Assembly (NCBI GenBank): GCA_028279275.1
Contig: JANQOB010000020.1
Span: 1,890-65,889, forward strand
DNA from: Gammaproteobacteria bacterium
GTDB taxonomy: Bacteria; Pseudomonadota; Gammaproteobacteria; UBA4575
Reading direction: 5' to 3'
Length of the DNA stretch: 64,000 bases
The position numbers and the translations under genes are program-made. Below are positions 50,156 through 59,359 of the stretch, one piece after another. Position 1 is the stretch's first letter. Each line of letters begins with the position of its first letter. The notes under the pieces were generated by a model. It made no database searches. It was not told the DNA's origin and worked only from the letters and a program-made list of their open reading frames with translations.

Positions 50156-51469
50156 TTATTGACTATCTTCTTTGCCAGCGATCGGGACGATTTTTTTGGC
50201 TTCTTGAAATAATTCTTCAAGTTCACGGATACGTGTTTCTTGTGCACTTAGCTCATCACGTAAAGGTGAGACCTGCTGCTTGGCTTGGCCCAGTACATTT
50301 TCAAGTGAAGTAATTTTGCTATCACGAAGTCTTATGGCTGTTTCCAATGCTTCTATACGCTTATGCCGCATTGTAATTTCATCAGTTAATATAGAAATTC
50401 TTTCATCACGCGATTGAATATTTTTTTCAAGTTCAGGTATTTGCTGATTTGCAGTTTCAACTTTAGTTTGAAGGGTACTCATAACTGTGCGCGCTTCATT
50501 GGTTTCAATTTCAAGTAAGCGAATTCGTTCGCGTTCAGTTTCAAGTGTCTTGTTTAAAGCGGCGTTTTCTTCTGTGCGTTTATTAAGATTCTCCGCAAGC
50601 ATGTTTACTTTTGCGATCTGAGTTTTTTGCGACTCCAGCTTTCTAACAAGTTCTTCAATAGTCTGTTTATCTTTATCGATCTGTTTATGCAACTCGGATT
50701 CTTTATGCACGCGTTGTTCTATTTCACCTTGAAGTTGATAGATCTTGTTATCCATATCGTCTAATTCTTCTTGTAAGGCATTTATTTGATTGCCGCGAGC
50801 ACTAAAATCTTTTTGCATATCGCTGAAAGATGCAATTTGGGTATCAAGTTCCTCGATGCGAGTAGTTAAATGAATACGTTGATCTTCAAGCTCTCTGCTT
50901 AGAATTTGGTTATCTGCATCAGATTGTTTCAGCTGTTCTCTTAATTCTTTAGCATCGATCACCTTAGAGCGTAGAGATTCAAGCTTTTCATTCAACCTTA
51001 CGATTTCAGTATTGCTCGTTTTTAACTTCTTAGTTAAGACTCGATTGTCTTCGTCAGCATGATCTAACTGATTTTTAAGTGGTTGTAAGTCAACAATAAT
51101 TTCTTTTAGAGAATTTATTTCTTCATTAAGATTGAGAACTTCTTGATCACGTTCTTGGAGATTAATACTGAGCAAATTATTTTTTTCTGTAGCCTTGCCA
51201 AGTAATACTTTTAATTCATTTAGCTCATCAGGAATAATTTTAAATTCTTCTATTACTTTGGCTTGTTCATTTGAGTATTCAACAGCAATTTTTAATTTTT
51301 CTGCCAGTTCATCACGAATTTGAGTAGCCGCTTCATAAGCAGTGCGTAATGACTCCAACTCGTTGCCTTTACTTTCATTCGCACTCAGAACAGGAATTTC
51401 TAAATCCATTTCTAGATCAAGAGTCTCTTCAGCTTGTTTATCTTTAGATGGGGTATCAAAAGTAGCCAT
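50156..51469 (-). CDS. Soluble long coiled-coil protein, paralogous to the rod of 32594-34459
   Basis: Continuous heptads; shares LKxLLGKAT and 28-residue IP-type repeats with that protein. Confidence 0.8.
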   Translation of the reverse strand: MATFDTPSKDKQAEETLDLEMDLEIPVLSANESKGNELESLRTAYEAATQIRDELAEKLKIAVEYSNEQAKVIEEFKIIPDELNELKVLLGKATEKNNLLSINLQERDQEVLNLNEEINSLKEIIVDLQPLKNQLDHADEDNRVLTKKLKTSNTEIVRLNEKLESLRSKVIDAKELREQLKQSDADNQILSRELEDQRIHLTTRIEELDTQIASFSDMQKDFSARGNQINALQEELDDMDNKIYQLQGEIEQRVHKESELHKQIDKDKQTIEELVRKLESQKTQIAKVNMLAENLNKRTEENAALNKTLETERERIRLLEIETNEARTVMSTLQTKVETANQQIPELEKNIQSRDERISILTDEITMRHKRIEALETAIRLRDSKITSLENVLGQAKQQVSPLRDELSAQETRIRELEELFQEAKKIVPIAGKEDSQ

Positions 51470-51592
51470 GAAATAGTTCTTCCCTTAAACATTCATTAAT
51501 GAGAATTGAATTGCGCACTAGTTTTTCAAATAAACATATGAATTGTAATACATCTAGTATCAATTTTTAATCAATCACAATGAATCTTGCGG

Positions 51593-51753
51593 TGTGTAAA
51601 AAAGATCAAAATCCAAACAATATACTGATAGTCAAATCATGGTATTCCAGTCTTGGTCATACATAAGATTATTAAGAAAAATTGAATGGGTATACGAAAG
51701 TCAGTTTTTGTGTATAAAAATCAGATATTTAGCATTCATAAAATTTATCCACA
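51593..51753. promoter_or_regulatory. Cluster of three DnaA-box consensus 9-mers
   Basis: TGTGTAAAA (51593), TGTGTATAA (51709) and TTATCCACA (51745) all fit TTWTNCACA or its reverse complement. Confidence 0.4.
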
Positions 51754-51836
51754 GAAAATATTAAACACTGTCAACGTCAGGGCTATTCTCTACGTTGTAA
51801 TTAATATCGATAACCATAATTTGATAGAGGAGAAAG

Positions 51837-52120
51837 ATGAATTTGAAAAAGCAGCTATTACTGTCAATTACCGGGATGCTTATCTTTGCAGCATCAACAA
51901 CACATGCACAAGGATCAGTGTATGGAAATATTGGCTATAAAGATTACCTTGGAGAATTTTAATAGGATATAACGATCATTATCGTGGACATAGCTATAAT
52001 GGTCATCATCATAAGTATTATCACAAACATAAAAAGTATTATTATAAAAAGCGCTTACGCCATAAACATCACTACTACAGTCATCACCATCGCTATCACA
52101 GTCGGAATTGTCGTTACTAA
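51837..52120 (+). pseudogene. Small secreted His/Tyr/Lys-rich protein, split by a -1 frameshift (possibly a sequencing error)
   Basis: GAGGAG SD and signal peptide MNLKKQLLLSITGMLIFAASTTHA, with a stop at 51960-51962. The -1 frame continues PWRILIGYNDHYRGH...HHHRYHSRNCRY* to 52120. Confidence 0.7.
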
Positions 52121-52153
52121 TTAAGTCTTGAAAACAACTTTCACGTCAATGAA

Positions 52154-52186
52154 ATGAAAAGGCCTCGCAATGCGGGGCTTTTTCAT
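52154..52186 (+). terminator. Intrinsic terminator
   Basis: ATGAAAAGGCCTCGC-AAT-GCGGGGCTTTTTCAT. Confidence 0.8.
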
Positions 52187-52230
52187 GAGTGAGCATAATA
52201 AATTAAATTAAAACTCTGTAAGATCAGCAC

Positions 52231-53610
52231 ATGCTGAATTCCATTAAAAAGCGCTGGTCAGATGAAAGCGGTTATCGTGAAGTTTTAACTATTGCTATTC
52301 CACTCATCCTCAGTACAGGCGCGTGGAGTGTTTTATTATTTTTTGATCGAATGTTTTTGTCATGGTACTCAGAAGATTCTATTGCCGCTGCGATGCCAGC
52401 GGGGATGACAAGTTTTGCCATGTTAAGTTTATTTATAGGCACGGCTGCTTATGTGAATACATTTGTTGCACAATACTTTGGCGCTGATGAAGAAAACAGA
52501 ATAGGTGCAATAGTTTGGCAAGGTATTTATTTTAGCCTGCTATCTTTTTTTGTGATTATTCCAGCCTATTTTTTAGCAGAAAGTTTCTTCGCTTTAATTG
52601 GCCATACTCCAGAAGTGCAAGCTCAAGAGACTTTATATTTTAAAATACTAATGTATTCAGCCATGTTCATGGTTCTGAACAATGCCTTGTCTAGTTTTTT
52701 TTCTGGTTTAGGGAAAACAATGATCGTAATGTGGGTCAGTTTTCTTATCGCCGCCATAAACATAGTTTTAGATTATATTCTCATTTTTGGAAAGCTTGGT
52801 TTTCCGGCCATGGGTATTAGAGGTGCGGCTATTGCGAGCAACATTGCTGTGATAGCAGGTTCAGCTGTGTATTTATTGCTGATTTTTCAAAATAAATATC
52901 GCAATCGTTTTGAGCTTGTCTCTTCTTGGAGGTTGAATATTCCTTTGTTTAATAGATTAGTGTATTTCGGCTTTCCAAATGGATTGAGGTTATTTATAGA
53001 TATGACAGCGTTTACTGCATTTCTAATGTTTGTTGGAACAGTGGGTACTCGTGAACAGGTTGCTACAAATATTGCATTCAATATTGAAGCATTAGCTTTC
53101 TTACCCATGGTTGGCATGATGATAGGTACAGCAGTTCTTGTGGGTCAAAGGTTGGGCGAAAATAAACCCGATCTTGCCGAAAAAGCAGTATGGTCTGCTA
53201 TCCATATAACATTTGCATTTTTTAGTATTCTGGCTGTTTTGTATATCACGATTCCCGGGATGTTTATCTATCCTTTTACATTAAATGGAGGACTTGAAAA
53301 TATTGAAAATAGTATCGATCTAATTGTAGTGCTATTGCGGTTCGTTGCGGTTTTCTGCCTCTTTGATGCAATTTTCTTAGTCTTTATCGGTGCTTTAGAA
53401 GGAGCTGGAGATACTCGTTTTATTATGAAAATGAGCTTTATAATTTCAATATTACTGTTTGTAGTACCTTGCTACATTTATATCAAGTTCTTTGAGGCTG
53501 AGGTATTAGTACTTTGGTGGATTATTACGATTAATGTCATGATCTATTGCAGTGTATTTTTCTGGAGATTCAAAATGGGGCCGTGGAGAGATATGAGAGT
53601 TATTGAATAA
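52231..53610 (+). CDS. MATE family efflux transporter
   Basis: 12 TMs; AQYFGA, NIVLDYILIFG, GIRGAAIAS and GAGDT motifs. Confidence 0.93.
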   Translation: MLNSIKKRWSDESGYREVLTIAIPLILSTGAWSVLLFFDRMFLSWYSEDSIAAAMPAGMTSFAMLSLFIGTAAYVNTFVAQYFGADEENRIGAIVWQGIYFSLLSFFVIIPAYFLAESFFALIGHTPEVQAQETLYFKILMYSAMFMVLNNALSSFFSGLGKTMIVMWVSFLIAAINIVLDYILIFGKLGFPAMGIRGAAIASNIAVIAGSAVYLLLIFQNKYRNRFELVSSWRLNIPLFNRLVYFGFPNGLRLFIDMTAFTAFLMFVGTVGTREQVATNIAFNIEALAFLPMVGMMIGTAVLVGQRLGENKPDLAEKAVWSAIHITFAFFSILAVLYITIPGMFIYPFTLNGGLENIENSIDLIVVLLRFVAVFCLFDAIFLVFIGALEGAGDTRFIMKMSFIISILLFVVPCYIYIKFFEAEVLVLWWIITINVMIYCSVFFWRFKMGPWRDMRVIE

Positions 53611-53671
53611 ATATTGAAACAAAAATAAATGAGCTTTAACAACGCTTATTGATATCAGTAGGAGTCATAGT

Positions 53672-54859
53672 ATGAAAAAAGTAGAAGTCTATTCAAAAGA
53701 ATGGTGTCCCTATTGCGCCAAAGCAAAATCTTTACTCAAATCAAAAGAAATCAATTATCAAGAAATTGATGTGACCAATGATGCTGAACGTGAAGAAGAA
53801 ATGATCCAACGTTCTCAACGGCGAACGGTTCCACAAATTTTCATAGATGAGGAATCTGTTGGTGGTTACGATGATCTAGCACAGTTAAATGCAACAGGCT
53901 TATTGGATCAAAAACTTGGTCTCGCATCGCAACAAGCACTACATGAGGTATATGATGTTGCTGTCTTAGGCGCGGGGCCAGCAGGCATGACTGCTGCAAT
54001 TTATTCTGCACGTAAAAATTTAAAAACCATTATGATTGCTTATGATAGTGGTGGTCAGGTAGGTACTACCTATGAAATCGGGAATTATCCTGGTTTCCAA
54101 ATGATCACCGGCCCTGATTTAGTCGATATGTTCGCGGCGCATGTAAAAGAATATGAAATCGAAACGATGTTGGGCGAAAAAATTAGCAATATCGAAATAG
54201 AAAATAAATGTAAGCAAATTTATACAGAGTCTGGCCAAGAAATTTGTGCAAAAGTAGTTATTGTGGCAACAGGCGCATTTAAAAGAAAACTTAACATACC
54301 TGGTGAAAAGGAACTTACAGGCAAAGGAGTTGTTTATTGCTCAACATGTGATGGACCTTTATTTAAAGATTTAAATATAGCGGTAATTGGCGGCGGAAAC
54401 TCAGCCTTAGAAGCTGCCGTTGAAATGAATGGTATTGCTAAGAGTGTGCAGCTGGTTTCAACTTCAGATTGGTCAGGGGATGAAATTTTGCAAGACAAAG
54501 TGCGAAGTGCAAAAAATGTAACAGCTCATAAGTTTCACCAACCAATAAAGATTCTGGGTGAAGAGAGTGTTACTGGTCTTTTAATAAAAGATAAGCAAAC
54601 AGGAGAAGAAAAAACGCTAGAGCTAGATGGAGTATTTATTGAAATTGGTTTATACCCAAATTCTGATTTCATTTTAGATTTGGTCGAAACTACAGAGCGC
54701 GGTCAGATCAAAGTTGATCAAAATGGCGATACAGGAGTAAGGGGTATTTTTGCTGCGGGTGATGTAACAGATAACAGAGAAAACCAAATAATCGTTGCCG
54801 CCGGGGAGGGCGCTAAAGCGGCCTTAAGCGCTTTTAATTACTTGGTAACACAGGTTTAA
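53672..54859 (+). CDS. Glutaredoxin 3-thioredoxin reductase (AhpF/TrxB-like) fusion
   Basis: N-terminal WCPYC...TVPQIFI..GGYDDL, then GAGPAG, ATGA, CSTCDG, GGGNSA and FAAGD. Confidence 0.92.
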   Translation: MKKVEVYSKEWCPYCAKAKSLLKSKEINYQEIDVTNDAEREEEMIQRSQRRTVPQIFIDEESVGGYDDLAQLNATGLLDQKLGLASQQALHEVYDVAVLGAGPAGMTAAIYSARKNLKTIMIAYDSGGQVGTTYEIGNYPGFQMITGPDLVDMFAAHVKEYEIETMLGEKISNIEIENKCKQIYTESGQEICAKVVIVATGAFKRKLNIPGEKELTGKGVVYCSTCDGPLFKDLNIAVIGGGNSALEAAVEMNGIAKSVQLVSTSDWSGDEILQDKVRSAKNVTAHKFHQPIKILGEESVTGLLIKDKQTGEEKTLELDGVFIEIGLYPNSDFILDLVETTERGQIKVDQNGDTGVRGIFAAGDVTDNRENQIIVAAGEGAKAALSAFNYLVTQV

Positions 54860-54956
54860 TGGGATAAATAAGGTTTTAAATTGACATGAAATAGATCATT
54901 CTTTAACTTGGTCTACTCAAATAAGAATAACAAAAGAGTCAGAATATGCTCATGTT

Positions 54957-55997
54957 TTGCAGCATATTAAAGTCATGATAAAACGCATACCAGGCCCCGC
55001 CTTGCTGTGGTACTCCATCATTATTTTTGGAGCGGCAAGCTCAATCGTACATATCATTGCCGATCTTGGTAGTCAACATACCGTTGACGGGCGCAATGTA
55101 ATTTCCTTTTGTAATTTATTGTTTGCGGGCAATGCTTGTGCAGTCATTGTGCTGTTTATTGTGCATCGAAAGCAATGGACACGTGCAAAATTAAGCAAGA
55201 TTACAAATATAGAGTGGTTGTTCTTATTTATCTTAGCTTTACTCGCAAATTGTCTTGCGCCTTGGTTATTTTTTGTAGCGATTGAATCGACGATGGTCAC
55301 TAACGTTGTGTTAGTGAGTCAGATAGAACCTCCATTACTACTTTTTTTAGCTTGGCTCGTGTTTAAAGATAGTATAAGTAAATGGTCATTTATTGGTTCC
55401 ATTTTATCTTTAGTAGGTGTGGCTTTAATTGCCTTCTTGCAACCACAATCTGAAGAATTATTAGTGGGTAAAGGTGAAATATCCGCAGCGTTTGCAGCGG
55501 TGACTTATGCAGTATCCACTGTGCTTGCAAAGATGTATCTCAAGGACATACCTATTGGGATTTTTAGTGTTTTTAGAAGTGCGGTGGGTACCGTTGCCTT
55601 TTTTATTATCGCGGCTTATTTATATGGCTTTGAGCACTTTATTGACATTGGTTCTCCATTTCTTTGGAAATGGATGTTGGTGTATGGCGGTCTAATCATT
55701 GTAACCGGCCAGCTTGCCTGGGATTCAGGAGTTCGTAAATCAACATCCACTGATGTTTCACTCGCGACTTCTTTTGCTCCTGTTGCTGGTGTGTTGGCTG
55801 CATTTTTAATATTGGGTGAGCAACCTACACATGCTCATTACATTGGTGGTGGAGTGTTGCTGTTAGGTATTGCAATCTGTTTATTTGCAACTATACAAAA
55901 ATTACGCGAAGAGAAGTTACATGAAACAACCATGGCAGAAAACGATGCCGTACCCGGCTTAGAGGCAGAATGTAGAACAGGGTTTAAGGGTGTTTAA
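54957..55997 (+). CDS. DMT/EamA family transporter
   Basis: 10 TMs in two repeats; LILGE motif. Confidence 0.88.
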   Translation: MQHIKVMIKRIPGPALLWYSIIIFGAASSIVHIIADLGSQHTVDGRNVISFCNLLFAGNACAVIVLFIVHRKQWTRAKLSKITNIEWLFLFILALLANCLAPWLFFVAIESTMVTNVVLVSQIEPPLLLFLAWLVFKDSISKWSFIGSILSLVGVALIAFLQPQSEELLVGKGEISAAFAAVTYAVSTVLAKMYLKDIPIGIFSVFRSAVGTVAFFIIAAYLYGFEHFIDIGSPFLWKWMLVYGGLIIVTGQLAWDSGVRKSTSTDVSLATSFAPVAGVLAAFLILGEQPTHAHYIGGGVLLLGIAICLFATIQKLREEKLHETTMAENDAVPGLEAECRTGFKGV

Positions 55998-56042
55998 TCG
56001 GTAGGGGCAGATAAGTAAATAATAATTATTTAGGAGGATGCT

Positions 56043-56519
56043 ATGTTTTCACAATTATTGAAAATTACTTTAACAGGGGAGCGTAGTTGGGAGTGGTTAC
56101 CCATTTTAGTGGCAAGGTTTTCACTGGGTTTATTTTTTGCTGTATCAGGTTACAACAAACTATTTGTGCCTGAAAAACATGCGGATTTAATTTCTCTTAT
56201 GGCCGATATCGGTATGCCTTTTCCGGAATTCACCGCACTGTTTTTAGCAATCGTAGAATTCTACGGTGGTTTAATGCTTATGGTAGGTTTTTTGTCTTCA
56301 GTAGTTTGTGTTGCACTAAGCATTGCTATGGTTGTGGCGATTGCAACGGTTGAAATTGAACATGTCATTCCAAAAGGCATAGGCCCACTAGATTGGATGA
56401 GTTGGTTTCTCTATCTTCCGCAGGTAATGTATATCATTCTATTTGTTTGGCTCATAACAACAGGCCCAGGAAAACTCAGCGTGGATCATTGGTTAGCCAA
56501 AAAATTTGGTATGCAATGA
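56043..56519 (+). CDS. DoxX family protein
   Basis: RFSLGLFF..SGYNK, EFYGG and GPGKLSVD motifs. Confidence 0.92.
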   Translation: MFSQLLKITLTGERSWEWLPILVARFSLGLFFAVSGYNKLFVPEKHADLISLMADIGMPFPEFTALFLAIVEFYGGLMLMVGFLSSVVCVALSIAMVVAIATVEIEHVIPKGIGPLDWMSWFLYLPQVMYIILFVWLITTGPGKLSVDHWLAKKFGMQ

Positions 56520-56533
56520 TAAATAATGAAAAT

Positions 56534-56601
56534 TAAGGGGCTAATAAAAATCTAGCCCCTTATATGAAACTTATCAAAAAGTCACATACCTGTGACTTTT
56601 T
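56534..56601. terminator. Two tandem hairpins; the second is a bidirectional terminator
   Basis: TAAGGGGCTA...TAGCCCCTTA and AAAAAGTCACA-TACC-TGTGACTTTTT between convergent genes. Confidence 0.75.
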
Positions 56602-56748
56602 ATTGTAGATAAATTATGAGTTCATATTCAGAATAAAAGTTCTGTTATTCGAGAGTAAGTTATTCAGGAATGCGTAAATATATGAAAAGATAATGAGCTA
56701 AAAAATCTATAGCATGTGTATATAATTTCTAATATTTCAATAATTAAT

Positions 56749-57732
56749 TCACCATGTATATCCAGCAGTGATCAGTGTTTCGTGATCATCCTCGTCTGCA
56801 TTATCTGAAGGTGTATTGTCCCAATCAAAATTATATTGAATTGTTGCTTGTAAGTTTTTTGCAAGCGGAATTCGTAAGCCTGTACTAGAAGTAAAAATAA
56901 AATCGGAAGTTTCTTCAAAACTTTGGCTATAACGGTGATCATGAAACGCCTGAAGCATCCAATCATCAAATAAAATTTTATCAAATTGCAAAGCCCAAAA
57001 TGCAATAGGAAAATCCGTGTCTTGGCTTTCATCAAAATCTTCCCAAACATAACCAGGTCCGCCCTCAATAAACAAATTCATATGCTTATTTTCAAAAATT
57101 TGGTATCCCAAGCCACCTGTTAACGTGGTTCGTAAGTTAAGATCGGCAAATTTTTCATGCTCAAGCAATAAACTTGCAGACGTGAATAGCTTTTCATTTA
57201 AAAAATGATCATAGTCTGTTAGAAATTCAGCATCTTGTTTCGTAGTTCTACCATCACTGTCTTCTAAGTCTCCGCTCAGCTCAAATACCAATCTATCATT
57301 TATCCATCTAAACTCTGTTTCACTATCAAGATGATAGTCATCCACATCTGAATTACCACGATCAATTTCCAGCCCGAAATTGACTTGTCCTTTATTTATA
57401 AAATCAGGTTTAACGGTTGGATTGATATCGGAAATTTGTTGTATTTCAGGTGAGGTAGTCGTGCTGGTAGTTAAAGTAGTATTACCAATATCGGTACCGT
57501 CAATCAGAATGACATGTGCAGGTTCGTCAATCGAAAGCTCTTTAACCTTAGTCCATAGTATTTTTATAGTTCCTGCGTAACTTGTTTTAAAAACGAGCTC
57601 GTCATCCGCCTTACTGATCACTTTCCCACTAATTTTATCGCCATTATGAAGAATCACTTCATCTGCATAAGTGGAAGATAGAAATATAAAATATAAATTA
57701 AATGCCATAAGACAAAGAAATGAGTTTTTCAT
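56749..57732 (-). CDS. DUF481 outer-membrane beta-barrel protein
   Basis: Signal peptide, N-terminal NGDKISG domain, RGNSD, GLGYQ and terminal GYTW. Confidence 0.88.
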   Translation of the reverse strand: MKNSFLCLMAFNLYFIFLSSTYADEVILHNGDKISGKVISKADDELVFKTSYAGTIKILWTKVKELSIDEPAHVILIDGTDIGNTTLTTSTTTSPEIQQISDINPTVKPDFINKGQVNFGLEIDRGNSDVDDYHLDSETEFRWINDRLVFELSGDLEDSDGRTTKQDAEFLTDYDHFLNEKLFTSASLLLEHEKFADLNLRTTLTGGLGYQIFENKHMNLFIEGGPGYVWEDFDESQDTDFPIAFWALQFDKILFDDWMLQAFHDHRYSQSFEETSDFIFTSSTGLRIPLAKNLQATIQYNFDWDNTPSDNADEDDHETLITAGYTW

Positions 57733-57884
57733 TTAAATAATGTTCCGATTGAGTTAAGTATTAATTAAATATATGACTGGTATAGAATCGAGGCGTAGTG
57801 TACGCATAGTGTGATGACTTGCGTAGCCTAAAGTTCACATATTTGGAGTTCTATTTGAAATAGGAATAAAATATTAGGAAGTAA

Positions 57885-59258
57885 ATGAATAACTTCGATG
57901 CGATCATTATTGGTGCAGGTCAGGCGGGTCCTTCGCTGGCTGCAAAATGTGTATCTGAAAATCTCAAAACGGCCATCATTGAACGCCATTTATTTGGTGG
58001 TACCTGTGTCAACACAGGTTGTATCCCTACCAAAACATTAGTCGCTAGCGCACGCGCCGCACATATGACACGGCGTGGCGGGGAATTTGGTGTGGATATT
58101 TCGGGTGACATCAAAATGGATATGAAAAAAGTCAAAGCCCGAAAAGATGCAGTCGTACAACAATCCAACCAAGGTGTAACAGGTTGGATGAAAAATATGG
58201 AGGGTTTAGATGTTTATGAGGGACATGGACAGTTTGAAAGTGAAAACATCGTAAGTGTAAATGGCGAACAGTTACAAGCGGATAAAATTTTTATCAATGT
58301 AGGCGCACGCGCACGCGTACCTGAAATGCCAGGTTTAGATGAAATTGAATTCTTTACTAACTCCAACATCATGGATGTAGACTTTTTGCCCGAGCACCTC
58401 GTCATTGTTGGTGGAAGTTATATCGGTTTAGAGTTTGCGCAAATGTACCGTCGTTTTGGCAGTGAAGTTACGGTAATCGAGATGTCAGAACGGTTGATTC
58501 CTAGAGAGGATCAAGATGTATCTGAAACGGTTTATGAAATTTTAGCAAACGAGGGTGTGAACATTCGCCTTAGTGCGGAATGTATTAGTTTTGCGAAAAA
58601 AGATTCACAAATTGCCGTAACCGACAGTTGCAATAATGAAAGACAAGATACACTTGGCTCACATGTGCTGTTGGCGGTGGGGCGGCAGGCCAACACACAT
58701 GATTTAGGCTTGGATAAAGCAGGTGTGAAAACTAACGACTTTGGCATTATAGAAGTAGATAACGAACTAAAAACAAATGTGCCAGGTATTTGGGCGATCG
58801 GAGAGTGCAATGGCAAAGGTGCCTTTACGCATACCTCTTATAATGATTATGAAATTGTTGCCGATAATCTTTTTGGTACCAAAACGCGCCGTGTAAGTGA
58901 CCGACTAATGTGTTACGGATTATTTATTGATCCACCTCTAGGTCGCGTAGGTCTGACAGAGCAGCAAGTACGTGAGTCTGGAAAAAAAGCCTTGATAGGA
59001 AAAATGATGATGTCACGTATTGGACGAGCCAAAGAACGGAGTGAAACCCAAGGGTTTATGAAAGTACTCGTCGATGCAGAAACCGATGAAATATTAGGGG
59101 CAAATATTTTAGGAATTGGTGGTGATGAAATAATTCATTTATTTATCGATGTCATGTATGCCAAAAAGCCCTACCATGTCATAAAAAATGCAGTGCATGT
59201 GCATCCAACGGTTGCGGAATTGATTCCAACCATGTTGCAAGATTTAAATCCTTTATAA
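57885..59258 (+). CDS. Pyridine nucleotide-disulfide oxidoreductase (RclA/MerA-like, lacking the MerA C-terminal Cys pair)
   Basis: GAGQAG, GGTCVNTGCIPTK, GGSYIGLE and HPTVAE motifs. Confidence 0.9.
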   Translation: MNNFDAIIIGAGQAGPSLAAKCVSENLKTAIIERHLFGGTCVNTGCIPTKTLVASARAAHMTRRGGEFGVDISGDIKMDMKKVKARKDAVVQQSNQGVTGWMKNMEGLDVYEGHGQFESENIVSVNGEQLQADKIFINVGARARVPEMPGLDEIEFFTNSNIMDVDFLPEHLVIVGGSYIGLEFAQMYRRFGSEVTVIEMSERLIPREDQDVSETVYEILANEGVNIRLSAECISFAKKDSQIAVTDSCNNERQDTLGSHVLLAVGRQANTHDLGLDKAGVKTNDFGIIEVDNELKTNVPGIWAIGECNGKGAFTHTSYNDYEIVADNLFGTKTRRVSDRLMCYGLFIDPPLGRVGLTEQQVRESGKKALIGKMMMSRIGRAKERSETQGFMKVLVDAETDEILGANILGIGGDEIIHLFIDVMYAKKPYHVIKNAVHVHPTVAELIPTMLQDLNPL

Positions 59259-59359
59259 ACAGTCGTATTAGACTCCATTTATAATTTAAGCATTCTGAGT
59301 TAATTAATTTTCCCAATTTATTTAGGTATAAATCTGGTTTCAGGGCATATGCTAAGTAT

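Noticed and set aside
51686-51940. 84-aa plus-strand ORF
   Set aside because: No SD; overlaps the signal-peptide gene starting at 51837 out of frame.
57885-59258. Mercuric reductase merA
   Set aside because: Lacks the NmerA domain and the C-terminal Cys-Cys pair; no mer genes nearby.
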